From NCBI GenBank assembly GCA_051362555.1, contig CM120645.1, forward strand, positions 6,696,001 through 6,760,000: 64,000 bases of DNA, written 5' to 3'. Shown here one piece after another: positions 52,293-64,000 of this stretch; the first letter of the stretch is position 1; each line of letters starts with the position of its first letter. A program made the translations under genes and the position numbers. The notes under the pieces are model-generated. The model searched no databases. It was given only the letters and a program-made list of their open reading frames with translations, and was not told the origin of the DNA. The stretch comes from Lingula anatina (taxonomy: Eukaryota > Animalia > Brachiopoda).

Positions 52293-54897
52293 ATGGCTTC
52301 GGCGTGTTGTCGAGAGTTGATAATACTGTTAATTTGCACCTTTGCAGCGTCGGAAAATGTGCGAAACGACACGGTAGGTGCGCAGCAAATTTAACACCTT
52401 AAATTTAAGTCTACTTAACACATTTTCATTACGGCTGCACCCGATAGCTGCCAGTTAAGTACAAATGTCTGTACATTAGCACCAAAAAAATAACAGTTCA
52501 CACTAAACAGACCCCCAATTACAGCTGTTCACAAAAACATTCGAGTTTTCATAACTTGGCGCTATCTACGTGTAAATCCACCAAAATCCGCCAGCGGGGA
52601 ATTTAAAAGGATGTTTGTGTAACTTACACCACTGGAGAGTATCATTAATTCACTCCTGACCATGACTAGTTATAAATGATGTGGGTGTGTCCAGATTCCT
52701 TTCTACATACTGAGATCAGTGGGGTAAACCGCTGTAAAAGCAAGTGTAGAAACATTATTCCACGGTTTCTGATAAATGTACATGTACACCCATATTCTCC
52801 ACACTATTTCCTAGGGGTTGAGCTGTTTACATTTAAAGCAATAAAGCAAGCTTACCAATACATTTGTATTACCCTCGGATATCAGGGGCCCCTAAAATAG
52901 TATACAAAATTAAAGTATAGGCGGTAGAAGAATTATGTAACAGACTACTAGCGGGCCCTGTGGCCAGAGAGTACGCAAAAGAGTATGTTGCTCCATGCAG
53001 TGGTAGGTGAACTTGGAATGACGTACGAGAACGGTTGTTAACGAAAAGAGAGAAAATAACGTTATTGCAAAGTAACGGGTTTACACAATCACTTAATTTG
53101 TCCTCGCATGAAAGTCAAATCAATCAGCAAAACAGAATAGCGCAGTTCAGCCTCGGTCACTCGAGGTTCGGTTTAGCAGGTTCATTTCAAAATATTAAGG
53201 GGTAAACATACCGTTTAAAATTGTACTTCTTTCAACAGAGGTCTTTTCGCTGTTGAATTACTAAGCCCGTGATGATTGTTACGCCTCTCATATCATAACG
53301 TCAATGGGTCGTTGTTTTTATTCAAGTGCGATTCACTTTTTCTGCGCTAAATAGGTCAGTAGGAAATCATGAGTCACACTGTTTTTAAACGATTACACAT
53401 TTCGTTACGCTTGTGGTGGCAACTTGAAATAATGTCAGCATACAATACAGTGCAATACAAAACAATACAATACAATACCATGTTATGTTTAGCAGGTTCA
53501 TGTTATAAGATGCCAATCTCTCAAAATTGTGCAGAAACAGAAACACACATGTATCACCGCACGCTGTGACAAAGGTCTAAAATACAGGCCGTAAAATACA
53601 CCCTGTTCAGATCAACTTAGTGCTCACGAAGACCCCTTTTGGCTTCTTCTTTTAAGTCGCGTTTCCAGTCAAGGTTGATACATGTAGAAGTAAAACGAGA
53701 TGACCAAGGTTAACCTATCTTGGCAAGAATCACGACTAAAGTCGCCCCAAGGTTAAGAATTTATGTCCATTACTGCATGTTTTATGGAGAAAGTTGCCGC
53801 TATTTCTTTCAAATAAATACAGCGTACCCACCATCTGCTCAGGTTCTCCGCAAACCTTGGAGTAGTTATTCAATATCAGCAAAAAGAAAAGAGAGAAAGA
53901 GAGGATATGTATGCCAATAATAAGAAAATACTTAATGAATTAAACTTTTGGTATGGAAATTTCCCGTCAAGTCTACCCAGGAATGAATATTTTTCCAAAG
54001 TAACTTCCTTTACAAAAGGAAACAATAGAGAAATGCCAGGGTAGATTTCCGCGGTGAAATTGCTGTGATTCCACTGTTTATTTTAAACTTTCTTAAAGTG
54101 GAAGAAAAACAACTTGTATGTCAGCTGTTTAGACCCAGTATTTAGTATTGGGTGTCAAGGCCATGGTCTGTGTGTACGCGACCCCCTCAAAATTGAACAG
54201 GAAACTGCCTACTTGCCATCTCCGCTCGTGAGGCTAGTGGATCAGAAAGAGACCACCAAGAGCGTCTGTTGACGTCGTTACGACGATAACTCGTTTACTA
54301 GTTAGTTAATCCATTTTTTGAAACCCCTTATAGTGTATCCTTGATTTTGTTAAAAGGGGTACGTGGACAAGGAAAAAAATGGCGAACGAAAAGAGTGAAA
54401 CATAAAACTGTAGATTAACATAATGTTACCATGATATATAAAGCACAGGGATGGGCAAAAGGCTTGCTTTGTGCTGTTTCGCTTATTTTGTTTCTTCTTT
54501 TGGGAGGGTGGACGGGTAGGAGGTGTACCCCAAAAGCCGTAAGAGGGTCACGTGCCTGCTGTGGCCTCCTCTGTGTCCGGCGTTGTTTAGTACTGATATG
54601 CCAAAAAGAAACCCTTTATCTTTTGAGCCAATACATTTTGCAAATCAACACCGTGACCCATGCCTGTGAAATCGTTTCTTTAAAAATACAAAACTAAGGT
54701 ATAAATAAACTTCTAACTTTATCTCTGCAGGTGCCTGAAATCTACTCTCTCCACATACGGTCTGACATAGCGTACCGTTTTGCCACCACCACTGTGGTCA
54801 GTCGGCTGGCTAATCATGCACTGGAGTCCAGGGAGGCGGTGTTTCTGGTGCAGCTACCTGAATCCGCTTTCATATCGAATTTTTCCATGTAAGATTC

Positions 54898-54942
<45 letters not shown>

Positions 54943-57900
54943 TTCTGTCTGTCGATATGTATAAACATCTTTGTATTTAAAATGTGTAAATTAAAAACAT
55001 GGCAAAGCAGAAACTAAGTACAATATTCGCCTTTGCCTAGTTACTCCTTTCTTTACTAAATACAGGGAATGCATGAGCATTCCCTCTTCCTTTACACCTG
55101 CTTTTAATTTTCATTTAACCATTGCTGCTAGTACCCTCTTCATTCCATTTCCTTTGTATTATTTTACTGTAGTAATCCCGCTGTTTCGGAAGTACCGCAT
55201 ATCCTGCTGTCGGTAGTATTAGAAATATGTTATAGACGAAAAGAGTCCAAACATAACCAAATTCAACACAAGAAAAATCAAATAGATATCCTGAAATAGC
55301 ACTATGTTATAAGTATTTGATAAAACTATCTAGCGGTTATTAGGAACAACGTGCACATGCTCGCACATGTTACATGTACTCTGTACTAATTGCATATTTA
55401 GTAAAACAACTTGTGTCACGCCTGTTTCAGGACCATCGAAGGCAAGGTGTACGATGGGCAAGTAAAGGAGAAGGAGCAGGCAAAGAAGGAATATACTAAG
55501 GCCAAAAGCCGGGGACAGACCGCCGGCCATGTCAGTGCCAAGTACGTTATAACGATGTCGCATATGCAGACTCGTCTATGCAGCCTCACAAATCATTCAT
55601 GAAAGTTTTAACTCATTTTCATTGGATAAATAATTCTGAAACATGTTTTCTACCACTTTTAATACAGAAATAGTATAGTGTAAAAAATCTAAACATTTAA
55701 ATTGGAAACAGTAATTATAGTTTATTGTATTATGCTGTTATTGACTTCAGACGAAGTTTTGTCATGATGCGATATGTTGTGTTATTTATATTATTTTAAA
55801 CGATGTGTCCCCTTATCACAGACCAAGAGAAACGAACCGTTTCAAAGTTGCCGTCAACGTAGCCGCCCAAAGCAAGATCACGTTCAACATCACGTTCCAG
55901 GAACTGCTTCAGAGAAAGTTGGGGCTTTACGAACACGTGATCAACGTGAATCCCGGGCAGGTTGTCCGAGATTTGAAAGTTGACGTGTACATTCACGAAT
56001 CTCGCGAGATTACCGTTTTGAAGGTGCCGCCTCTTCGAGTGCCGGGTGAAACGAATAATCTTGAAGCCACACAAAGTAAGGCCGGGGGTGTTACTTATCA
56101 ATTTACAGAAGATTACAAAGTATTTGTAATGCATTTCGAATAATAAGTAATTTGTTAAAATTAAAAATTTAGTAAATTTGAACAAACTAGATCTATTATT
56201 TTACTATTGCTATGGTCATTGGTGCCTTTACTTGGACGTACTAGTACGTACACGTGCCGGTTCATGGTTAAGGAAGGTATTCACTGCAAATTACATAAAC
56301 CAAACACCTAAATATTATCTATATTTCGATATTTCCAGACAATGAGCTCGCAGTGATCGACCGCACCGCGCCTAATAAAGCCCATATCAGTTACCACCCT
56401 AGTGAGGCGGAGCAACAGGCAGATTCCTCCGCTGGGATATCCGGGCAATTCGTCGTACAATATGACGTCAAACGGGATATGGACGCCGGGGAACTTCAGG
56501 TGAGATTACGTAACGAGATGTGACGGTCTATCTTTATATTAGTCTTTCGTGTTGTGCAAAGTCCGGTTCCCATTGCTTTGTACAGGTAAGCTCCGTTCTA
56601 GACTTTAAGCCACCAAGGTCACGCCAACACTAACCTGTATGAATCTAATGGAGGGCGGAGTTTTCAGTTTCTTTACACCGGACCTATTGTAGTTGCGGTG
56701 GAAATTGCGCAATCAAAGAAAAAAAAAAAATAAAAAAAAAAATAAAATAATAATAAAAAAAAAAAAAAAAACAGAAGAAAAAAGGAGAAGGAGCTTCAAC
56801 CTGTGCCGCAGTTTAAACTCTGTTTATTTATTTACAGGTTGTTAATGGGTACTTTGTTCACTACTTCGCCCCCACAGGTCTTCCTGTCGTAAACAAAAAC
56901 GTATTCTTTATTTTAGACGTGAGTGGCTCCATGAGCGGTAAGTGAAACTTTTCTGTCTCAAAAGCCTTCGTTCAATAACGCTGAATGCATTTTTCATTTT
57001 GTTTAGATTTTTATGATTAAGACCACTTTCCATTCATTACAATTTTCCCCTTTCACTACATATTGCCGTTTATTTGCAGTCAGATAATATATGTGTATTT
57101 TAAGTGTACTTTAATATTTCCACAACAGGCAGAAAAATTAGACAAGTTAAAGACGCAATGAATGTCATACTGAATGACCTGAGGGAGGATGACTATTTCA
57201 ACATCATTTTGTTTGGATCTGGCGTGAGATACTGGAACGACGAGAACATGATCCAAGCCACCCTTGACCACGTGGAGGCTGCAAAACAGTTTGTGCGCAG
57301 AATGTCTGCTAGCGGGGGTATGGAGTTTTTTTATATTGTTTGAGTTGAATTTGAAGTCAAGGTCCTAATTTGACCCCGTAATTTTTTCGTGAACTTGCAT
57401 AATGTCGCTGTGCATATGAAAAAAAATTAAGCGACGCTTTACCGTCGCCTGTTAATTTTTTCACATTTTAATTGGTGTACGTTTGTGACAAAAGAGCATC
57501 AGCTAGTACTGCTATAAATAAGCTCCTGGCAACCCTTTTTTTAAAACTAAGTCTCTATTTCAAGAAACCATATGCTTTGGTTTCAGGAACTAACATCAAC
57601 GACGCTCTGGTGCGTGGCATGGAGTTCCTGGAACGTCACGAATCACAGAGCGGAAAAAAGTTGCCTTCGCTCATCATTTTCCTCACTGATGGCGATCCAA
57701 CGTCGGGCGAAACGTCGCTAGAAAAAATAGAAAGCAACGTGAAAGCTGTTAACAAAGAAAGATACAGCCTGTTCAGTCTTGCCTTCGGCTCAGGGGCTGA
57801 TTACAAATTCCTGCAGAAATTGTCACTACAGAACCGCGGCGTTGCCAGAAAAATCTACGAAGACTCCGACGCCGATCTGCAGCTGAAAGGATTCTACGAT

Positions 57901-60900
57901 GAAGTCGCCAACCCTTTGCTGTCGGACATAAAAGTCGAGTATCTTAGTGACTCTGTCGACAACACATCTCTAACCAGAAACGCGTTCATCAACTATTTCG
58001 ATGGGTCTGAAATCGTTGTGGCGGGAAAACTGGCTGATGTCAACGTCCCGTCTCTAAGTACGAGAATCTCAGGGGTTGGTGCTGAAGGCAATGTGTTGCT
58101 CGATACAAACGTAATTATTACCGGAGGGGTTGGGAACACCTTGGACCTTGACCTTGACGCTCCGGACGCGAGCAGTTTGACGTCCTTCACGGAAAGACTG
58201 TGGGCGTATCTTACCATAAAGAACACACTTGAAACGATGAAGGAGACGTCTGATAACCAGGAGAAGGAGACTCTGAAACAGAAAGCACTGGATATGTCCT
58301 TGAAGGTAACGTAACCTTTTTTCAGATATAAAACGGGGTTTGTAATCATTGCATATTTCCCGTCCCTGAATAGAAACAAAAACAAGAGTTTTAGTTCAGT
58401 TTTTGTTCAGTTTTTCTTCAGAAGGAAACAAAAAGTAACATCGATTCTACATTTTGAAGATGTTTTAATCTTAATTTTTATATAACATTATTGAGGTTGG
58501 ATAGTTACCTTAATTACCACAGTATTACTGCATAAATTCGTAATGCAAATGGAATTTTAACTAGTTCAATTAATTAATTAATTAATTAGTTTAATTTTAT
58601 AAGAAAAGTGGATTCCAAGAGGGAAAACTATCTCTCTAATAACAAGTTTCTATCCACATTTTGGAAATGAGTAAATTACATTGACTATTACAATTTACCC
58701 CTGTTACTTTATATCAGTACCACTTTGTGACGCCTGTGACGTCAATGCTGGTCGTCAAGCCAGACGAGCCCGAGAAAAACGCGGGGGATCTTATTGAAGA
58801 CGACGGTTCCGAAGCAGAAAGTAGTAAGTATTGTTATACGATTTTGATGGCGTTATGTTTCTTGCCATCGTAACAGAAATAGATTATCATTTCTGATTTG
58901 TTTTTCTTCCATAAAGAGCTACAGTGTATATATATTTATTGAACACGCATATACAACGAACGTTATTTTTTGCGCTGATATTTAAATGGGTAACTCTTCC
59001 ATTAATGTTGAGTATTTATCTTCAGAAGACTTTCCTGAGTACAAACATCATTTAGCATATAATTGTATCACCACAACACCGATTGTGCATAATGACCACA
59101 GCAGATAAAAAATATCTTCCTTTTCTGTGCTTTCAATAAAATAGGTGCATCGAAGAGTAGAGGACCTTCCAGAAAGATGGTCCATTCAGCAAGCGTTCAA
59201 AGGTCCTCGGGGTCTCCGGGCTTTTCAGGATTTGGTGAGTTGTTCCTATATTTGACTTGATCCGTAGGCCATTTAAATTCTGTCAAGTTGCTGAAAATGG
59301 GAATCATCCTAGATAGCTCAAAGTCTCGCGATTTCGCGAGTTGGAGGGGAGTGGGGTCAGAATTTATGACGTACCAGCGAGTGCGTTGCAGCAACAAAGA
59401 AAAGCTGACAGACTTTATCTAATTATAGATGTTTTTTATGTTGTTTTTTTCTCAAGTTCTGTATATCTACAGACCATGTCATGGGTGTCACTTTTGTATT
59501 GTTTTCAAGACTAAGACGACATTTCCGGTGCAAAGAATCTCAAGCTTATCGCCAAAAAGTTAACTCTACTTCACGCTGACTCTCGCACATTCTCGTATGA
59601 CGCAAATTAGTTTTGGACATTCTTGGAAGATTTCCATTTACATTCACAATGGTCACTTTAAACCTTTCACCACTCCTGGGACTTGTTCTTCGTAGTCTTC
59701 TTAAAGATAATTTTATATGATTCATTGATCATAAGATCTTGGTTGGCACACATTCAACTCAAACATTAATCTACATTGCGCAGAAAATACATTTTAAGTC
59801 CTTAAAATGCAGGAAGTCCTTTTATTTCATTGAAAAATATTATATATTTCAGACATTATTTCAAGTAAGAAAATTTTACTACTGGTATTTGTAAACAATA
59901 ATTTATCACCTATATGATTTTACTTTAAAAACGTGTTTAGTGGGCACAGGGACTTGAAAACAGAAAACCTATCATATGTTTAAGACACAAGCTGCTAAGA
60001 GGCACACGTGATATTTGAAAATGGGTCAAATGTAACTCGGACAACGGTCGATGAATTTCTAGAGTTTGGCATGACATAGTTTCATAGTTTGTCCGTTTAT
60101 AGTCTTGTTTCAATCATCATTATTTAGCTGACATTCGGCAGTTTCGCAGGCTCGACCATTTCAACCTCATGCACGCTCGTTTACCGCCTCCAATGCCAAC
60201 ATTCTTGTCATTGCCAAGACCGTCATTCTTGCTACCAGCTACTATTACTACTACTACTACAACTACTACAACTACGCACACTCCCTACACAACTAAGCGG
60301 CAACATAAGGCAGGAACCTCTGGCAGAAAACGAAAAAACAAGAACAAAGTGAAAGAGGCTCTCTGTAAGTTTTTCATATAATGAGAAATGTGTCTGTGCA
60401 TAGTATTGCCATACTTCTGAGCTTGGTAAAAGATTTATGATGATAGTTTTATGTAACAGCTAAAATGATCAATGTTATATTTCTGGTAATAACTCTTCTA
60501 TTCTGTTACAACAACTTCGTGCATAACAAGGGTGATAGATCTTTTCTGTAGCAACAACAACATAACAACACTGTCAACAACATAAACGACACTCCCAACA
60601 AACACATAACGTTACCATTTGGTTATATAAACGTTACGGTAACGTTATAATAACTAACTGTGTTTGCTGGGCTGTGTCCACTGTTAAGATTTACTATCAA
60701 ATATCACTGTCAATTGTGAAAAGAAAAAATTGAAATATAGATCGGGATCTGAATCAGGATCTCTCCCATCGTCTGGTCATTTTGTCTTTTTTTCACAAAT
60801 CATTTAAACATCACGACGTGGTTATTTTCGTTAGGGGCACTTAACCATAGACCCTAGTCTGTCTGTAAACCCTCCGCTTGGCAGAGGTTCAAAAGCCAGA

Positions 60901-62678
60901 TATACAAACAATTTAAGTTAAATAAAATGTTTCACTCTAATGCCGTTTGCCCGTTAATATATTTTGAACTATTATTCATTAAAGGCTATGGGGCCGTTCA
61001 CAATGAATATTGTCGACCCAACTGATACGCTCTAACTGCAGGGGAACTCTAGCTGAATGCAATCAGATTAACAGAAAAATACGCCTCCTCTTGGCGTTGA
61101 GGTAAATATACATGTAGAAAGGCTTGTATTTGGACGGGTACGTTGGAAACGAGAGGAAGGGTTATACTGATTGCATTCAATGAGAGTCCCCGTGGAGTAA
61201 CCCCGTGGAGTAACTATGTGGACAAAAATCCATTGTGAATGGTCCCCATTTTAGCTAACTGACCATATATTTGACATTTTTTCCAGCGGACAATGACCCC
61301 CACTTTCTCATCACTGTGAAAGGCAGTAACAAACCCGTTTGTTTCGATGTCAACGGTAATCCGGGCGACCTTTATCAGTTGCTATGGGATCCGGATTCAG
61401 GTAAGTCTTCTCCGCTGCTCGACCTCATTCTCATCATTCATGAAGACCGGTTAAACTGGAGGCTTGTCTGCACACTGTTGAATTGCAGGCAACCTAATTA
61501 ATTTCTATACATCATACTAAACTTGCTGTTTTTAAAGCCATATAAGAAATCAGCACACGTTATTTCTTGTTAAGGCAAATAGCATGCACTTAAAACACAA
61601 CAAAAACAATCTAAGATTTATCAGAGTGCTAGAATCAAGGATCTATCAAACAGTTATAATTTAAATCTGCTCGATAGTTATGATTTTGATTTTTTTTCAA
61701 TTTAAGACATTACCGTCAACGCCAAGATCGTAGCTAGGAAGGGCTCTACTAAAACTTGGAACAAGACGAAAACCTATTTTGGGGCGATTGGTTTTCTTCA
61801 CGGAAATACACGGGTTAAAGTGGGACCACATTCGATAAAGATCAACGACAAAACCTACAACTGGCGCCAAAACACCGTGATCTCCACTACTGATGGGGTC
61901 AAGGTCACCATACACAAGAAAAGGAATGTGACCATAGGCGTGGGCAATGGGAAAGAGTTCGCCATAGTTCGACATAGGGTGAAGAGGAATCATCCTACTA
62001 AAGTTTCTTTCGTGGGTTTCTATATTCTGTCTGGAGATGGCTTGTCCAGCCGGTCACACGGCTTGATAGGTGAGTACAGATTCCTTTGAGAGCCTGTTTT
62101 AAGATAGTAATGGAAATTGAACATGTCCGGGCATTTCTTGTTGAAGATTGGAATAGAGATGCAGGTTATTGGATAGTCATGTTAATTAATATGCATCCAT
62201 CATCCATACAGTTTGGATACTGCAATTAAATTTTTTTCGTGTTTTTGTCACATCTAACTCACGCATACTGATGATAGAAGAAATATTTTATCGACACAGT
62301 AAACGTAATAATAGGGCGCGCTTTATTCCCTCAATGTGGTTGTAAGGTATGCTCAGTTTGATGAAAGGTATAATCCTGACATCTGAAACACTCATTTTAG
62401 GTCAATTCTTCCACCGAGCTGTCAACATCCAGTCTCCAACGGCTTCACCGGCATCTGCTTCCAACCCCGCACTCCTGACATTCCAAGGTCGTTTTAGAAA
62501 ACGTCCAGTAGAAGTTCGTCCTGGCAGGCGACTCAACATGAGAACCAATAAGCACGTTGATTGCTGGCACGTGCGGAACAATGGGTGGGGTTTCATCGAC
62601 GGCCATTTTGAAAACTACAAGGTGAAGGACATATTGCGCGAAGACCTGGCCATCGACCTTCAACAATTCAAAACCTGA
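52293..62678 (+). CDS. ITIH: Inter-alpha-trypsin inhibitor heavy chain-like protein (VIT + vWA + ITI-HC C-terminal domain), 14 exons
   Basis: Frame-consistent GT-AG exons: 52293-52373 (signal), 54731-54888, 55431-55541, 55822-56075, 56339-56499, 56838-56937, 57129-57317, 57587-58305, 58718-58823, 59145-59234, 60128-60364, 61287-61400, 61707-62069, 62401-62678. Motifs: [36 protein letters not shown] (MIDAS), [60 protein letters not shown]. Confidence 0.93.
60594..60671. mobile_element. Tiny CMC/EnSpm-like MITE
   Basis: TIR cccaacaaacaca...tgtgtttgctggg, CT on both flanks (2-bp TSD), internal palindromic aacgtt repeats. Confidence 0.7.
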
Positions 62679-64000
62679 TTTGTAAAGTTGGTATGGCGTT
62701 TTGGGCATATCATTTCAGAGGGCATTTGACGTGAGACTCAACAGTTTGGAGTTTTTTTTTTTGTCCAACGGGTCTTAATCCACCTCGTTTTTTGTGGAAT
62801 CAATTAAGCATTTCAAAGACAATCAGTTTTCTGTTTATGCTGCTCGTGTTTGTGGCACGTTTTTTCTTGCCGTCGGGTCAGGGATGTCTTGTGCCCAACT
62901 ATATGTATGTAATGTAAAAGAAACTTACTTCCCAGTGTGTGGCATTTTACTTATTTCTATTTTCATACAATTTGAATGGTTCTTTTACTTAAGCAGGGTA
63001 TGTGAGGATTTGTGTTGCTGTGCTGGTGAAAGGAATATGGTGAATTATTGTTAAGTGTGTTTCTGTATTAGTGCATGTTGGAAGGGGAAATATGTTGACG
63101 GATACACAACGTATTGCATATTAAGTTCGAGGTTGTTTAATTGCCCTTTGGGAGAAAGATTGGGTTTGGATTTGGTTGCATTGACCGTATGGATGTTTGC
63201 GTGTTTTGATCAAAATGTGCCAATTTTCGAAAGTTTCCATGTTACGATAAAACTTTTGATACAAGATGTTCAGTGTAGTTTTAATACATGGTATCGAACT
63301 TCTACGTTGATCTTTATACCTACCATGTGCTAGTATTTTCTCACCCATATTATTTTGTTTCTTTCAACTTTGTGTAAATAAACATGTATTCGTGCAGTCA
63401 TCGCAGCGTTTGGTCCAAAATATCACCATGTTACACGATCAAACATCTACTGTTCAATATTTCTACTTTTAAAATCTCTACGTTTAATTGTAAATAGTGC
63501 AATAACAAGCATAAATATGCGCAGAAAAATATTACATATAGTAGCGAAGCTACCTGTAACGACCATCCGAATGTTAGTTCGGAACCTGCTCATTTACTAA
63601 CAAGATCGTTTTCCAATGGAGATGGTTCGACGTAACTTAGAATGCGTATTGATGTATACGGCCCATCTCAATAGATAGTTATTTTGCGTTCGCAAACCAC
63701 TAGGTTAATACCGGTACATACATGCCAATGCATCATTGCGATAGCTGTGCATTTTGTGAAACGCAAATGCATTACACAAAGAAAAATTTAATTGATAAAA
63801 GAGGTTAGGAGAGTAAGGTGGGAAACGAATACCGTAAGAAAGCCAAAACGACGAAATTACCAAGTTTCTTAGCTTTGTATAATCAGTGATATATTGATGT
63901 TAGCGTGATTTAATATAATAGCGGGAATGCTATTCAAATACGGTATTAATCTCTCTTAATCTGCGTCGCTTTCTGGTGAGTCAAATACACCTGCGCACGT

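Noticed and set aside
1-64000. CRISPR arrays, rRNA/tRNA genes, autonomous transposase or RT ORFs
   Set aside because: No regularly spaced repeats or recognisable motifs were seen; the sequence is eukaryotic.

Overview
AT-rich, intron-containing animal DNA, probably a marine invertebrate such as a lophotrochozoan/mollusc (inferred from the gene families, not provable here). From left to right: (1) two coding exons of a quiver/Ly6-type three-finger GPI protein that the ORF track misses; (2) three tandem zona pellucida (ZP)-module membrane protein genes with intronless CDSs and a mosaic gene-conversion pattern; (3) a minus-strand CD225/dispanin (PRRT1/IFITM-like) gene whose first intron holds a young 935-bp fold-back transposon (427-bp arms, about 3 mismatches, 8-bp TSD); (4) a roughly 16-kb gene desert followed by Fezf (eh1 motif plus six C2H2 fingers, single coding exon); (5) a 4-exon secreted 'short-chain collagen C4' domain gene with no collagen repeats and an apparent GC-AG intron; (6) a 14-exon ITIH-like gene (VIT, vWA/MIDAS, DPHF). 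There are also several MITE families, one of them nested, plus microsatellites. No tRNA, rRNA, CRISPR array or autonomous transposase was seen. Exon boundaries were read by hand from splice signals and frame continuity, with no transcript evidence.
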